Below, one piece after another: positions 26,456 to 38,545 of a stretch of DNA of 64,000 nucleotides; within the stretch, counting starts at the first letter, position 1, and each line of letters starts with the position of its first letter. This stretch comes from Mustelus asterias (lineage: Eukaryota), in assembly GCF_964213995.1 (NCBI RefSeq), contig NW_027590189.1:434001-498000 (forward strand), written 5' to 3'. Made by a program: the position numbers and the translations under genes. Below the pieces are notes generated by a model, which saw only the letters and a list, made by a program, of their open reading frames with translations, searched no databases and had not been told where the DNA came from.

Positions 26456-26689
26456 TTAGCAGGGAATGAGAGGAAGGGTGAGATAAGGGAGTGAGAGAGA
26501 GAGAGAGAGCAGTTGAGAGAGAGAGAGAAAGAGAGGGTGTTTGAGAGAGAGAGAGTGATTGAGAGACTGATTGAGAGAGAGAGCAGTGAATGAGACAGCT
26601 GGATGTGAAGGAGAGTGAAGTACGGAGAGTGTACGCTGAATGAGAGTGATTAAGAGGGAAAGAGAGAGGGAGAGGGAGCGGAAGAGAGG

Positions 26690-27440
26690 CAGCACGATGG
26701 CACAGTGGTTAGCACTGCTGCCTCACAGAACCAGGGACACAGGTTCGAATCCCGGCTTGGGTCACTGTCTGTGTGGAGTTTGCACGTTCTCCCCGTGTCT
26801 GCGTGGGTTTCCTCTGAATGTTCCGGTTTCCTCCCACAGTCCGAAAGACGTGCTGGTCAGGTGCATTGGCCATGCTAAATTCTCCCTCAGTGTACCCGAA
26901 CAGATGCCGGAGTGTGGTGACTAGGGGATTTTCACAGGGCCATAGAGGTTTACAACATGGAAACAGGCTATTCGGCCCAACTAGTCCATGCCGCCCCTTT
27001 TTTTAAACCCCCAAGTTAGTCCCAATTGCCTACGTTTCACCCATATCCTTCTGTACCCATCTTACCCATGTAACTGTCTAAACGCTTTTTAAAAGACCAA
27101 ATTGAACCCGCCTCTACTACCACCTCTGGCAGCTTGTTCCAGACACTCACCACCCTCTGTGTGAAAAAATTGCCCCTCTGGACACTTTTGTATCTCTCCC
27201 CTCTCACCTTAAACCTATGTCCTCTAATTTTAGACTCCCCTACCTTTGGGAAAAGATATTGACTATCTGGCTGATCTGTGCCCCTCATTATTTTATAGAC
27301 CTCTATAAGATCAACCCTCAGCCTCCTACGCTCCAAAGAAAAATGTCCCAGTCTATCCAGCCTCTCCTTATAACTCAATCCATCAACTTCATTGCAGTGT
27401 TAATGTAAGCTGTCTTGTGACACTAATAAATACTTTTACT
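26690..27440 (+). mobile_element. SINE (26690-26937 plus tail 27385-27440) interrupted by a minus-strand CR1 3' fragment (~26941-27384)
   Basis: SINE head with A/B boxes. The tail ggggattttcacag|...|aacttcattgcagtgttaatgtaag rejoins after the CR1 piece (ORF SYKERLDRLGHFSLERRRLR..FFTQRVV). Confidence 0.85.
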
Positions 27441-27853
27441 TTTACAGATTGACACACAGTGGGATCTACATTACACACACATTTCTGTTACACCTACACC
27501 CACACACACACACACACATGCACACACACACGTGAGTGTCTCTCGCTGTGAATTCCCTGAATCTGCAGCTCCTAACTCAGCGCATTCCCAGCCGGAGAAT
27601 ATTTCTCACAGTGAGGTGAGGAACTGCATCGAGCCCGGCTCGGGGAGGGGGGAAGGGGGAGGGGCAAACAGTCCAGAGATTCCTCCGAGTCAGCCTGAGC
27701 CAAGACTCTGCACTTCGGCCAAGGATTCAACACCCAGCTGCTACCAGTCAGCCTGCCGTCAGTGCCGTGTTTATTGGCCCGTAACTCCCCCCACCACCCT
27801 ACCCCCAAGCTGGCCTCATCAATTCCATCGCCAAGCGGGGGAGGGGGCCACCT

Positions 27854-28440
27854 GGAATCATAGAATCCCTAGACCACGCCCACCAGTGACTTTCTCCCCT
27901 TACTATTCCTTATCTCCACCCACAACGATTCCACATTCTGCTCCTTGGAGCCTATATCATCTCTCACTACCGCCCTGATGTTATCTTTAATTAACAGAGC
28001 TATCCCACCTCCTTTTCCTTCCTGTCTATCCTTCCGAAATGTCTGATACCCCTGGATATTCAGTTCCCAGTCCTGGTCACCCTGCAACCACGTTTCTGTA
28101 ATGGCCACTAGATCATACCCATTTGTACTGATTTGTGCCATCAACTCATTCACTTTGTTTCGAATGTGGCTGCTCAGTTTCTCATCCCCATTCTCTCGCC
28201 TTTTCCCGGAAACTTTGATCCCCTTACAAATCAAAAACATATCTACTCAATGGCCTGACCTCCACATCCTTCTGTGGCAATGAATTCCATCGATTCACCA
28301 CCCACTGGCTGAAGAAATTCCTCCTCATCTCTACTTTAAAGGATCGTCCCTTTACTCTGAGGCTGTGCCCTTGGATCCTCGTCTCTCTGACCTACACGGA
28401 AATATCTCCCCCAGCACCGCACTTTTTCCAAAGTCTTGGT
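27854..28440 (-). mobile_element. CR1 fragments (endonuclease N-terminus and 3' end)
   Basis: IRNKVNELMAQI..YDLVAITETWL..KGGGIALLIK. Confidence 0.8.
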
Positions 28441-28659
28441 ATGCTCTGGACTTCGGTGTACCCGGGATTTGAACAGAGAATTCCAGGAATGATGCCCGCA
28501 GGTTTAGCATCATTTTACGATGTAAGTAGGAAACGTAACAAGGACTTTCTACAGAGCACCAATTCGGATTCCTGGGCAGCATTTGTGCCTTGGTATGTGT
28601 TGGAGTAAACCCTGAATCGACTCAACAGCCAAATGCGAACTTGCATTAAACAACATTTG

Positions 28660-28675
28660 TCAGCAGAGGGCGCCA
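28660..28675 (+). promoter_or_regulatory. Candidate CTCF site about 280 bp upstream of the V leader
   Basis: tcagcagagggcgcca resembles the CTCF core CCASYAGRKGGCRS. Confidence 0.45.
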
Positions 28676-28945
28676 ATCTCGAGCCCGGTTTTGGAGTGGG
28701 GAGGGATGTTGGGGGGAGGGGCGGTGCTACAATCTCACGTGACATTATCACTGGAGCCTGTATGGATGGTAGGCTGCTGAGGTCACAATAGACTCCACTT
28801 CCCCTCCCCACAATCACACCCACACAGACAAACTGACTCACACTCACTCACACACTGCAATCAACGGAGCAGAGTCTGGGTTCCCGCTCTCTTTCTCACT
28901 CTCTGACTCCTCCATTCTCATTCACTGAAATAAATTCACTCAGAC

Positions 28946-29433
28946 ATGTTTCTGATCATTCTGGCGGCGCTCTTGCACAGTAAGTACCGGATAACGTTCA
29001 TCAAACCACGGAAACATATTTATACACAAAGATGCCAATTTAATTAACCATCAAAAATACCCATGTGAGGTGTAGATGGGAGGTTCCACAAACTATAAAT
29101 TTACATGAACTCTTGATATTTAATTCCTCTACCTTTACAGGTGGACTGTGCGCAGATCCAGTAACTCAGTCACCGGTGACAATAACAGCATCAGAAGGGG
29201 AATCGGTGCAGTTGGATTGTAACTATACAGACAAGGGTATGAGCTACATGCAATGGTATCAGCAGAAACCGGCACAGCCACCGAGATGGATTATTACCAA
29301 TGCATTAGTAGTGGAGGAAAATGAAGTTTCAGAACGATATCTGGCGGCTACTGACAAGTCCACACAGAGCGGCTCCCTCAATATAAGCGCCCTCAGTTTG
29401 GAGGACGGGGCGGTCTATTACTGTGCAGTGAGG
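28946..29433 (+). CDS. TCR alpha/delta V segment (Valpha-like), apparently intact; leader exon 28946-28979, V exon 29141-29433
   Basis: Leader MFLIILAALLH|gtaagt, phase-1 acceptor tttacag, V domain DPVTQSP..LDCNY..WYQQKP..LNISALSLEDGAVYYCAVR. Confidence 0.92.
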
Positions 29434-29472
29434 CACAGCATTAGATTACAGCTAAAACCCCGTACAAAAACC
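29434..29472 (+). other. 23-RSS
   Basis: cacagca + 23 nt + acaaaaacc. Confidence 0.92.
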
Positions 29473-29949
29473 TCAGCGCGTATTTACAACTCCATGAAGA
29501 TGTTTTGATCACGTGTTCACGAAGGCGGCGATTCTATTTACCGGACAATTTGACCTTGTTCAAATCATCATAGAAGCACTTTGGTAAATCTCGAGACTAA
29601 ACCCCATGCCGCGATTTATATAGTAAGCAGATACCAGGAGTATCGAGCTATCAGTTGAAGGATGCGCTCAGAAGTGGAGGCAATAGAGCAGAAAATTACC
29701 GGCTGTTCATCCAGAATTGTTAACTCAGATGAGCCCACGGACACAGACTCCTCGGCATTCGTTCCTATAACTAAATTCAGAATGGATCAAAGTCTGCTGA
29801 GTTCATAACAAATGAAATGCACAATAACCGCCACATAGACTCACTTAGCAACACGACTATTATTATAAATCCGGGACAGAGACTCACCTCGCAGCACGAA
29901 GATAGTCTATTCCCGCAGCTGACATTGGTGTATTGTGTGGTGGTGAACT

Positions 29950-30520
29950 GCCTTCTTGTGGTCCCTGATGTGCAGGTACACACACTGTGCTGTTAGTGAG
30001 GGAGTTCCAGTGATTTGGCACAGTGACCGTGAAGGAACAACGATATATTTCCATGTAGGGATGTAGAATAACTTGGAAGGGAACCTCGAGGTTGTGGTGT
30101 TCCCATGTGCCCGCTGCCCTTCTTCTCCTAGATGGCAGTGCTCGTGTGTTTGGATTGTGCTGCCTAAAAAAAAAACCTTGGGGAGTTGCTGCAGTGTATC
30201 TTGCAGATGGTGCACACGGCTGTCACTGTTCGTCTGTGGTGGCAGGAATGAATGTTCATGGAATGGGTAGCAATCAAGCGGGCTGATTTGTCCTGTATCG
30301 TGCCGAGCCTCTAGAGTGTGGTTGTAGCTACACTCATCCAAGCAAGTAGAGGGTATTCCATCTCACTCCTGACTCGTACCTTGTAGATGGTGGACAGGCT
30401 TTGGGGAGTCAGGAGGTGAGTTACTCGCCGCAGGATTCCTAACCTTTGATCAGCTCTTTTAGCCAGTGTATTTATATTCCTCGGTCCAGTTCAGTTTTCT
30501 GTCAACTCCCAGGATGTTGA
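29950..30520 (-). mobile_element. L2-group LINE 3' fragment
   Basis: Minus strand reads PQSLSTIYKVRVRSEMEYPLLAWMS; degenerate. Confidence 0.6.
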
Positions 30521-31857
30521 TGGGGTGGGGGTTTAATGTCTGTTAAGTCCCATCATACGTGTATCCATATACAGATGGGTACACATAAGATGGTTGCCTG
30601 GCACACAAACAGTCACCTGGGAAAGAGACATTAAACTCAAATCGGTTCTATAGCGTCGTCCCTCTATTCTGGGGTTGTGTGCCGTGTAAATCCTTTCAGT
30701 ATTCCTGATGGCAGGTGATGGGAACGGAACAGATGCCTGGTCAACAATACTGCAGAGGTCAATGGCAATCCGCTGGAATAATTTGAAATAAACAGTCACA
30801 GAATGATAAGGACATTCATGGTCACCAATGCCCTCTTAGGGCATGGTAACTGGAAGAGCAGGAGGTGGATGGCACAAGAGGCCTAGAGAGTGGACTCTAT
30901 AAATCATTGCATTCCAATGCCTCTGGGCAGACTGGGCAACAATGTTTGCACAACGTTTCTCATCAATAAACAAATCTACTTAAAAATAACGGCGTCCACA
31001 GTTCCTTATTTGTTAACCAACAAAACCACAATCCTACACTAGAAGTTGATGCATGTACTTTACATTGTGATTATATTAATCCGTCAAGCCTGCTTCGACA
31101 GCACCTTGCGAACCCGGAATCTCTTCCATCTAGAAGGATAAGAGGAACAGCTGCATGAGAACACCCCTTCAAGCCGCACACCATCCTCATTTTGAACCAT
31201 ATCATAGAATCATAGAATCGCTACAGTGCAGAAAGAGGCCAGTTGGCCCATCGAGTCTGCACCGACCACAATCGCATCAAAGCCCAACCCCATTTCCCTG
31301 CTAATTTTACCCTCTAATCAACAAAGAACAAAGAACAATACAGCACAGGAACAGGCCCTTCGGCCCTCCAAGCCCGCGCCGCTCCCCGGTCCAGGATTGA
31401 ATCCTGAATCCAGGATCCCCGCCCAATTTTCCAGCCTATCTACATACCAATATCCTATCCACCGAGCTGTCCCTCACAGCTACGATGCTTTGTTCATCAC
31501 AACCTATTAACTCACCCCCACCCCCCCCATTCCAGACCATGTGATCTCCAGGGAGAGGCGAAAACCCAGAGTGAAAACCCCAGGGCCAATATGGGGAAAA
31601 AAAATCTGGGAAATTCCTCTCCGACCCCCTGAGGCGATCGAAACGAGTCCAGGAGATCACACTGGCCCTGATCGGAAAATGCTTCCCAACCCTAGTCATT
31701 TCCACTTCCACGAACACCATCTGAATTCCGTGCCCCCGAGACAGGTTCCCAACTATCCGCAGTCTCGCTCTGTACTGGCACCAGCAAGATGATCATAGAA
31801 TGAAGCCCTGAAACTAGAAACAAGGAACAATTAGCCCGCGCCGCTCCCTGGTCCAAA

Positions 31858-34740
31858 CTAGACCACTCTTTTGTATCCCTCCATTCCCACTCCGTTCATA
31901 TAGCTGTCTAGATAAGTCTTAAACGTTCCCAGTGTGTCCGCCTCCACCACCTTGCCCGGCAACACATTCCAGGCCCCCACGACCCTCTGTGTAAAATATG
32001 TCCTTCTGATATCTGTGTTAAACCTCCCCCCCTTCACCTTGAACCTATGACCCCTCGTGAACGTCACCACCGACCCGGGGAAAAGCTTCCCACCGTTCAC
32101 CCTATCTATGCCTTTCATAATTTTATACACCTCTATTAAGTCTCCCCTCATCCTCTGTCTTTCCAAGGAGAACAACCCCAGTTTCCCCAATCTCTCCTCA
32201 TAACCAAGCCCCTCCATACCAGGCAGCATCCTGGTAAACCTCCTCTGTACTCTCTCCAAAGCCTCCACGTCCTTCTGGTAGTGTGGCGACCAGAATTGGA
32301 CGCAGTATTCCAAATGCGGCCGAACCAACGTTCTATACATCTGCAACATCAGACCCCAACTCTTATACTCTATGCCCCGTCCTATAAAGGCAAGCATGCC
32401 ATATGCCTTATTCACCACCTTCTCCACCTGTGACGTCACCTTCAAAGATCTGTGGACTTGCACACCCAGGTCCCTCTGCATCTCTACACCCTTTATGGTT
32501 CTTCCATTTATCGTGTAGCTCCTCCCTACATTATTCCCACCAAAATGCATCACTTCGCATTTATCAGGATTGAACTCCATCTGCCATTTCCCTGCCCAAA
32601 TTTCCAGCCTATCTATATCCTTCTGTAGCCTCTGACAATGTTCCTCACTATCTGCAAGTCCTGCCAGTTTTGTGTCGTCCGCAAACTTACTGATCACCCC
32701 AGTTACTCCTTCTTCCAGATCATTTATATAAATCACAAACAGCAGAGGTCCCAATACAGAGCCCTGCGGTACACCACTAGTCACAGGCCTCCAGCCGGAA
32801 AAAGACCCTTCCACTACCACCCTCTGTCTTCTATGACCAAGCCAGTTCTCCACCCATCTAGCCACCTCCCCCTTTATCCCATGGGATCCAACCTTTTTCA
32901 CTAGCCTACCATGAGGGACTTTGTCAAACGCTTTACTAAAGTCCATATGGACAACATCCACGGCCCTTCCTTCGTCAACCATTTTGGTCACTTCTTCAAA
33001 AAACACCACCAGGTTAGTGAGGCATGACCTCCCTCTCACAAAACCATGCTGACTATCGTTAATGAGTTTATTCCTTTCTAAATGCGCATACATCCTATCT
33101 CTAAGAATCTTCTCCAACAACTTCCCCACCACGGACGTCAAGCTCACCGGCCTATAATTACCCGGGTTATCCTTCCTACCCTTCTTAAATAACGGGACCA
33201 CATTGGCTATCCTCCAATCCTCTGGGACCTCACCTGTGTCCAGTGACGAGACAAAGATTTGCGTCAGAGGCCCAACGATTTCACCTCTCGTCTCCCTGAG
33301 CAGCCTTGGATAGATTCCATCAGGCCCTGGGGATTTGTCAGTCTTTATATTCTCTAACAAACCTAACACTTCCTCCTTTGTAATGGAGATTTTCTCCAAC
33401 GGTTCAACACTCCCCTCAGAGACACTCCCATTCAACACATCCCTCTCCTTTGTGAATACCGACGCAAAGTATTCATTTAGGATCTCCCCTACTTCTTTGG
33501 GCTCCAAGCATAAGTCCCCACTTTTGTTCCTGAGAGGTCCAATTTTTTCCCTAACAACTCTTTTGTTCCTAACGTATGAATAAAATGCCTTGGGATTCTC
33601 CTTAATCCTGTCTGCCAAGAACATTTCGTGACCCCTTTTTGCTCTTCTAATTCCCCGTTTGAGTACTTTCCTACTTTCATTGTACTCCTCCAGAGCTCCC
33701 TCCGTTTTTAGCTGCTTGGACCTAACATACGCCTCTCTTTTCTTTTTGACCAGTCCCTCAATTTCCCTGGTTATCCACGGTTCTGTAATCCTACCCTTCC
33801 TATCCTTCTTTTTTACAGGCACATGCTTGTCCTGTAGCCCTAACAACCGTTCCTTAAAAGACTGCCACATACCAGATGTGGATTTACCCTCAAACAGCCT
33901 CTCCCAATCAAGAGCTGCCAATTTCTGCCTGATCCCAGTAAAGTTAGCCTTCCCCCAATCCAACACCTTACCCTTGGGACACCACTCATCCTTTTCCATC
34001 ACTATCCTAAAGCTAACAGAATTGTGGTCACTATTTGCCACATGTTCCCCAACCAAAACTTTGAAGACCTGACCGGGCTCATTCCCCAGTACCAGGTCCA
34101 GTATAGCCCCCTCTCTAGTCGGGCTGTCTACATATTGTTCCAACGAACCCTCCTGTACACATTTTACAAATTCCTCCCCATCCAGAGTCCCTGCCCTCAG
34201 CGATTTCCAGTCTATACCAGGGAAATTGAAGTCTCCCACTACAACAACCCTATATTTCCTGCACCTATCCAGTATCTCCTGACATATCCATTCTTCCACT
34301 TCCCTTGGGCTGTTGGGGGGCCTGTAGTACACCCCCAACATAGTGACTGCGCCTTTCCTGTTTCTAAGCTCCACCCAGAGTGACTCGTTACATGACTCCT
34401 CTGAATTGTCCTCCCTCTGCACCGCTGTAATATGCTCTCCAACTAATACCGCTACTCCCCCACCTCTTTTGGCCCCTCCTCTGTCTCGCCAAAAACACTT
34501 GTACCCTGGAATATTCAGCTGCCAGTCCTGTCCCTCTTTCAACCAAGTCTCTGTCACCGCAACCACATCCAAATTCCTCGTGCGCATTAAGGCCCCAAGT
34601 TCGTCTGTCTTACCTGCTACGCTCCTTGCATTGAAGTATAAGCACTCCAGATCTCCAGGCTCAGTGAGGTCGTCCTCCCCCAGAGTGCTCTTCTTCTTTG
34701 CCATCCTTGTCCCAGCCCCAAGCTCGTCCCCAGCTACCAC
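31858..34740 (-). CDS. CR1 ORF2 (APE endonuclease plus reverse transcriptase), 960 aa, uninterrupted
   Basis: YFNARS, VTETWL, YYRPP, GDFNF, LDLVL, SDHN (APE); NYRPVSLTS, DFSKAFDKV, GVPQGSVLGP, KFADD (RT). Confidence 0.95.
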   Translation of the reverse strand: MVAGDELGAGTRMAKKKSTLGEDDLTEPGDLECLYFNARSVAGKTDELGALMRTRNLDVVAVTETWLKEGQDWQLNIPGYKCFWRDRGGAKRGGGVAVLVGEHITAVQREDNSEESCNESLWVELRNRKGAVTMLGVYYRPPNSPREVEEWICQEILDRCRKYRVVVVGDFNFPGIDWKSLRAGTLDGEEFVKCVQEGSLEQYVDSPTREGAILDLVLGNEPGQVFKVLVGEHVANSDHNSVSFRIVMEKDEWCPKGKVLDWGKANFTGIRQKLAALDWERLFEGKSTSGMWQSFKERLLGLQDKHVPVKKKDRKGRITEPWITREIEGLVKKKREAYVRSKQLKTEGALEEYNESRKVLKRGIRRAKRGHEMFLADRIKENPKAFYSYVRNKRVVREKIGPLRNKSGDLCLEPKEVGEILNEYFASVFTKERDVLNGSVSEGSVEPLEKISITKEEVLGLLENIKTDKSPGPDGIYPRLLRETRGEIVGPLTQIFVSSLDTGEVPEDWRIANVVPLFKKGRKDNPGNYRPVSLTSVVGKLLEKILRDRMYAHLERNKLINDSQHGFVRGRSCLTNLVVFFEEVTKMVDEGRAVDVVHMDFSKAFDKVPHGRLVKKVGSHGIKGEVARWVENWLGHRRQRVVVEGSFSGWRPVTSGVPQGSVLGPLLFVIYINDLEEGVTGVISKFADDTKLAGLADSEEHCQRLQKDIDRLEIWAGKWQMEFNPDKCEVMHFGGNNVGRSYTINGRTIKGVEMQRDLGVQVHRSLKVTSQVEKVVNKAYGMLAFIGRGIEYKSWGLMLQMYRTLVRPHLEYCVQFWSPHYQKDVEALERVQRRFTRMLPGMEGLGYEERLGKLGLFSLERQRMRGDLIEVYKIMKGIDRVNGGKLFPGSVVTFTRGHRFKVKGGRFNTDIRRTYFTQRVVGAWNVLPGKVVEADTLGTFKTYLDSYMNGVGMEGYKRVV

Positions 34741-34781
34741 ACTTATAGACCTAATAGTTTGATCCCCACCCCCCTGCCATA

Positions 34782-35483
34782 CTAGTTTAAACCCCCCCGA
34801 ACTGCACTAGCAAAGCTCCCAGCCAGGATATTTGTGCCCTTCCAACTTAGTTGTGAACCCTCCCTCTTGTACAGGTGCCATCCTCTCCTGAAAACCTCCC
34901 ATTGATCTATGAAAATGAAGCCCTCCCTCCTGGACCAGTCCTTTAGCCAGGCATTCGTTTGTATCAACTCCCTATTCTTAGCCTCACTGGCACGAGGCAT
35001 TGGGAGCAGCCCAGAGATGGCCACCCTAGTGACCCTACTTTTTAACCTATTTCCCAACTCCCTGAATTGCTCTCTTAGGACCCCCCTACTCTTCCTATCT
35101 ACGTCATTTCCACCAATGTGTATAATGACATCCGTTTCTTTATCTTCCCCTTTTAATATGCCTCCTATCCGCTCGGAGACATCCGTGACCCCAGCACCAG
35201 GTAGGCAGACTACCATCCTGGAGTCCCGTTCGCCCCCACAGAATCGCCTGTCTGTGCCTCTAACTGATGCATCCCCCACCACTATCGCTCTCCTAACCCC
35301 TCTCTTCCCTTTCCGGGCCACAGAGCCTGACTGTGTGCCAGTGACCTGGTCACTGTGTCTTACCCCTGGAGAGGCACACTCCTCCACACTATCTAAAACA
35401 ATATACCTGTTTTGGAGTGGGACAACCACAGGTGACCCCTCTTCTAACTTTTCACTCCCCTCCCCTCTCACACTTGTCACCAA
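34782..35483 (-). CDS. CR1 ORF1 C-terminal SGNH-esterase-like domain (truncated)
   Basis: RRAIVVGDAS, CLPGA, IHIGGND, ISGLLP, NAWLKDW, LYKREG.QL..KG motifs. Confidence 0.85.
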   Translation of the reverse strand: MVTSVRGEGSEKLEEGSPVVVPLQNRYIVLDSVEECASPGVRHSDQVTGTQSGSVARKGKRGVRRAIVVGDASVRGTDRRFCGGERDSRMVVCLPGAGVTDVSERIGGILKGEDKETDVIIHIGGNDVDRKSRGVLREQFRELGNRLKSRVTRVAISGLLPMPRASEAKNRELIQTNAWLKDWSRREGFIFIDQWEVFRRGWHLYKREGSQLSWKGTNILAGSFASAVRGGLN

Positions 35484-36017
35484 TCCCTCGAACCTACGTA
35501 TCTCAGGACACTAAGGGGCAATTTTTAGCATGGCCAATCAACCTAACCCGCACATCTTTGGACTGTGGGAGGAAACCGGAGCACCCGGAGGAAACCCACG
35601 CAGACACGAGGAGAATGTGCAAACTCCACACAGACAGTGACCCGAGCTGGGAATCGAACCCAGGTCCCTGGAGCTGTGAAGCAGCAGTGCTAACCACTGT
35701 GCTCTACGTAACGCCGCTCCCTTGCGTCAAAATCCTGGAATTGGTTTTCGGTTTAAGATTACGGGCAGAGGACAACAAATCAGAAAAGTATGAAAGGAGA
35801 ATTGAAGGAAAGTGAGACATTACGAGTGCGAAATACAAAGTCAAAAGCTGTGAGAAAGAGAGAAAGGAAGAGATTCAGAAATGACCCTGACTGCATTGTT
35901 CTTTCAAGTTACTCATATTTCACTCACGTCTATTTATATAGTTGCATTGTTTGAAAACACGTCTCTCAGTAAAAGCCCGCTGGAGACGGCCCATCGTCAA
36001 CCTTGCACTTGCGGACA

Positions 36018-36053
36018 GCGTCACGTAACCTGAGTCACCGCCAGAGGGCGCAG
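36018..36053 (+). promoter_or_regulatory. Cluster of CRE-like (gcgtcacgt), AP-1 (tgagtca) and CTCF-like (ccgccagagggcgcag) motifs
   Basis: Motif match by eye only. Confidence 0.4.
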
Positions 36054-36184
36054 TCGTCACATATTTCTCCCAACTTGAAATGATGGCGACAAAACCTCTG
36101 GCACCATTCGCATATCGCTGCTATTGGCAGTAACCACGCAGTCCCATTTTTCTGCTCTCACCTCATGTATCCTTTATTAGTAAA

Positions 36185-36475
36185 TGGGCGACACGGTGGC
36201 ACAATGGCTGGCACTCCTACCTCATAGCAAAGGGGGCCCAGGTTCAATTCCGGCCTTGGGTAACTGTCTGTGTGGGGTTTTCACCTTCTCCCCGTCTCTG
36301 CGTGCGTTTCCTCCCACAGTCCAAAAATGTGCAGGTTAGGTGGAATAGTCATGTCCCTTAGTGTTAGGGGGATTAGGAGATTAACACGTGGGGTTACGGG
36401 GATAGGGCCTTGGTGTGAATGTTGTCGGTGCAAGCTTAATGGGCTCCTCCTTCGGCACTGTAGGGATTCTATGAA
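36185..36475 (+). mobile_element. HE1-like SINE, diverged
   Basis: gggcgacacggtggcacaatgg, ggttcaattcc, CR1-like tail gcactgtagggattctatga. Confidence 0.75.
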
Positions 36476-38047
36476 GAGATTTCTGTTGATTTACTTGTTT
36501 GGCACTGGTTGTATCAGAAATGCGGGTGGATCTATGAGCGTTGTGAGGGCGTGAATCTGTGTTTCCACTCCAGGAGAATATTTCCTGAGCTGCAACGTTA
36601 CTGATTCGGGAGAAGGACCTCTGCTCGTCAATATATCACTTTTTCACTTAGCGTTTCCTTCCCAATTAAAAGTAAAGAATATGCTGTTCTCCTGACTGCT
36701 GTAATTTAGGTATTACTATTAATCAAATGATGACTACTCTTTTTAAAGAAAAACATTGATTGGGTGTCGGTCACAAGTCCAAGATTTTGTCCATCACTAA
36801 TTGTCCTCGAAACGGGCTGGGCTATTTGAGAGTTAGTTATGTGACTACAGTTGTTCTGTAGTCACACACAGACCAGGCCAGGCTAGGAAGGCAGATTTCC
36901 TTCCACAAAGTGCATTAGTGAACCAGGTGGATTTGCAGTGATCGCGTTCGGAACGATCATTGCGAGTAGCTTTCAATATCAATTAATCACATTTAAATTT
37001 AACCAGCTGCTGGGGTAGAATTTTGACTACTTTTCTCGTCAATCGAATTTAAATGTAACCAGTTGATATGATGGGATTGAACTACTTTTCCCAAAGCATC
37101 ATTCTGGGTCCGTGAATTACTTTCCCAGTGACCCCATGTTGACAATGATTAAGAAGAAAAAGCGGAAGTTCTTGAAGTTGACACTTCCCAGTATATTATA
37201 TGAGATGGGGCCACAACTACCAAGTGCATCTTGTTGTCCCTAAGTGGACCTTTGAAGAAAAGGCAATGTCATAATTAGCTGCACTATAACAATTTGATAT
37301 CCTAACCCTACTGATTTCAGGCACGGTCAAGTTTCAGTACAACATCCACAGAACACTTGTTACATTATCTCAGGAACAATAAACAGGCAACTAGAGCTCA
37401 CTGATCGACTTCCCTGTTCCTTTAGTAAAACAACGAAGATTGCAAAGTATCTCACAGCCCATCCGCTGATATCTGAACATTCGAACACAAAAATTAGGCT
37501 GCTTGCAAATCTGCTCTACCATTCAGTCAGATTACAGTTCATCTGATCTTCCGTTTAAATCCACTTTGCTGCCTTGATCTTCTTGAACCGTGGCATAAAT
37601 TTTAGTTAAAATGTTGCTTTCACTCAGCTTTAAAATTATTCTGTGGCCCTCAGCCTCCGCCGTTCTCTGGACTCTCACTGGAGTCTCAGGCACTAATGCT
37701 CGGATGCGAAAGCTAATAAAATGTGCACAGAACATTGATTGGAAATCCACCAAATCAATCAACACTCCTTGCTCCTCCGTTCCAAGAACAAAATGAAGTT
37801 TTTTTTTCTTGACATCCCGTTTCCAAAGCGGAACAATTCGCCCAACAGGGACACCGAATGGAGGACAAGTTGGAGAGCTTCTATTCACTAACAGTCATCT
37901 GAGCAATTACCAATCTCACGGAGCCACTGGAGAGACACGGAACTGACGCGTGAGCATTCTGAGAAATGTCGTCAGATTATTAAGGGTGGGGATTAGAATG
38001 GGTGTCTTCAAATATCCGATTCCTCCTTTACAGAGCGGACAGAGACA

Positions 38048-38506
38048 ATGCGGGTACTCGGCATCTGGATTGTGTGGGGGGCATTTCTAACAGGTATTTC
38101 TGTACATCACGTTTGTTTTCTCATTTCCAAAACTTGGGTTGAATCTTACTGTTGAGTACTCGTCACTCTATTCTTTATCTATCTGAACATATTTTCCAGG
38201 TCTGACCCATGGCGATTCTGTCACTCAGTCGCTGTCCTCAGATGTTAAGACAGAAGGAGACGCGGTGACATTAAACTGTAACTATGATACTGCAGAAACC
38301 AGCTATAGTTTATACTGGTACCGACAGCATCCAGACTCCCAGCCCGAGTACATACTGGAGAAGTACTCGGGGGGTACTGAATATAAAGCAGATTTTGCTC
38401 AAATCCGTTTCTCGACTGACCTCCAAACCCCGAAGAAATCCATCAGTTTGACTATCTCGGGTCTGCAGTTGTCTGACGCGGCCGTGTATTACTGCGCTTT
38501 CAGACT
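38048..38506 (+). CDS. TCR alpha/delta V segment (Vdelta/alpha-like), apparently intact; leader 38048-38093, V exon 38200-38506
   Basis: Leader MRVLGIWIVWGAFLT-G|gt, acceptor ttccag, V domain DSVTQS..TLNCNYD..LYWYRQ..LTISGLQLSDAAVYYCAFRL. Confidence 0.93.
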
Positions 38507-38545
38507 CACAGTGATGGAAAGCAGCCTGACTCCTGTACAAAAACT
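38507..38545 (+). other. 23-RSS
   Basis: cacagtg + 23 nt + acaaaaact. Confidence 0.95.

Larger units (their letters stand above)
31320..35483 (-). mobile_element. Young CR1 LINE, 5'-truncated in ORF1, with intact ORF2 and long 3' UTR
   Basis: (GTTCTTT)n tail at 31320; open ORF2; open partial ORF1. Confidence 0.95.
31200..35705 (-). mobile_element. HE1-like SINE (31200-31319 and 35484-35705) split by a CR1 insertion
   Basis: Tail catagaatcatagaat..ttaccctctaatc| resumes as |cctcgaacctacgtatctcaggac.., matching the uninterrupted SINE copies at ~48490 and ~57040. 'aatc' is present at both junctions. Confidence 0.85.
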
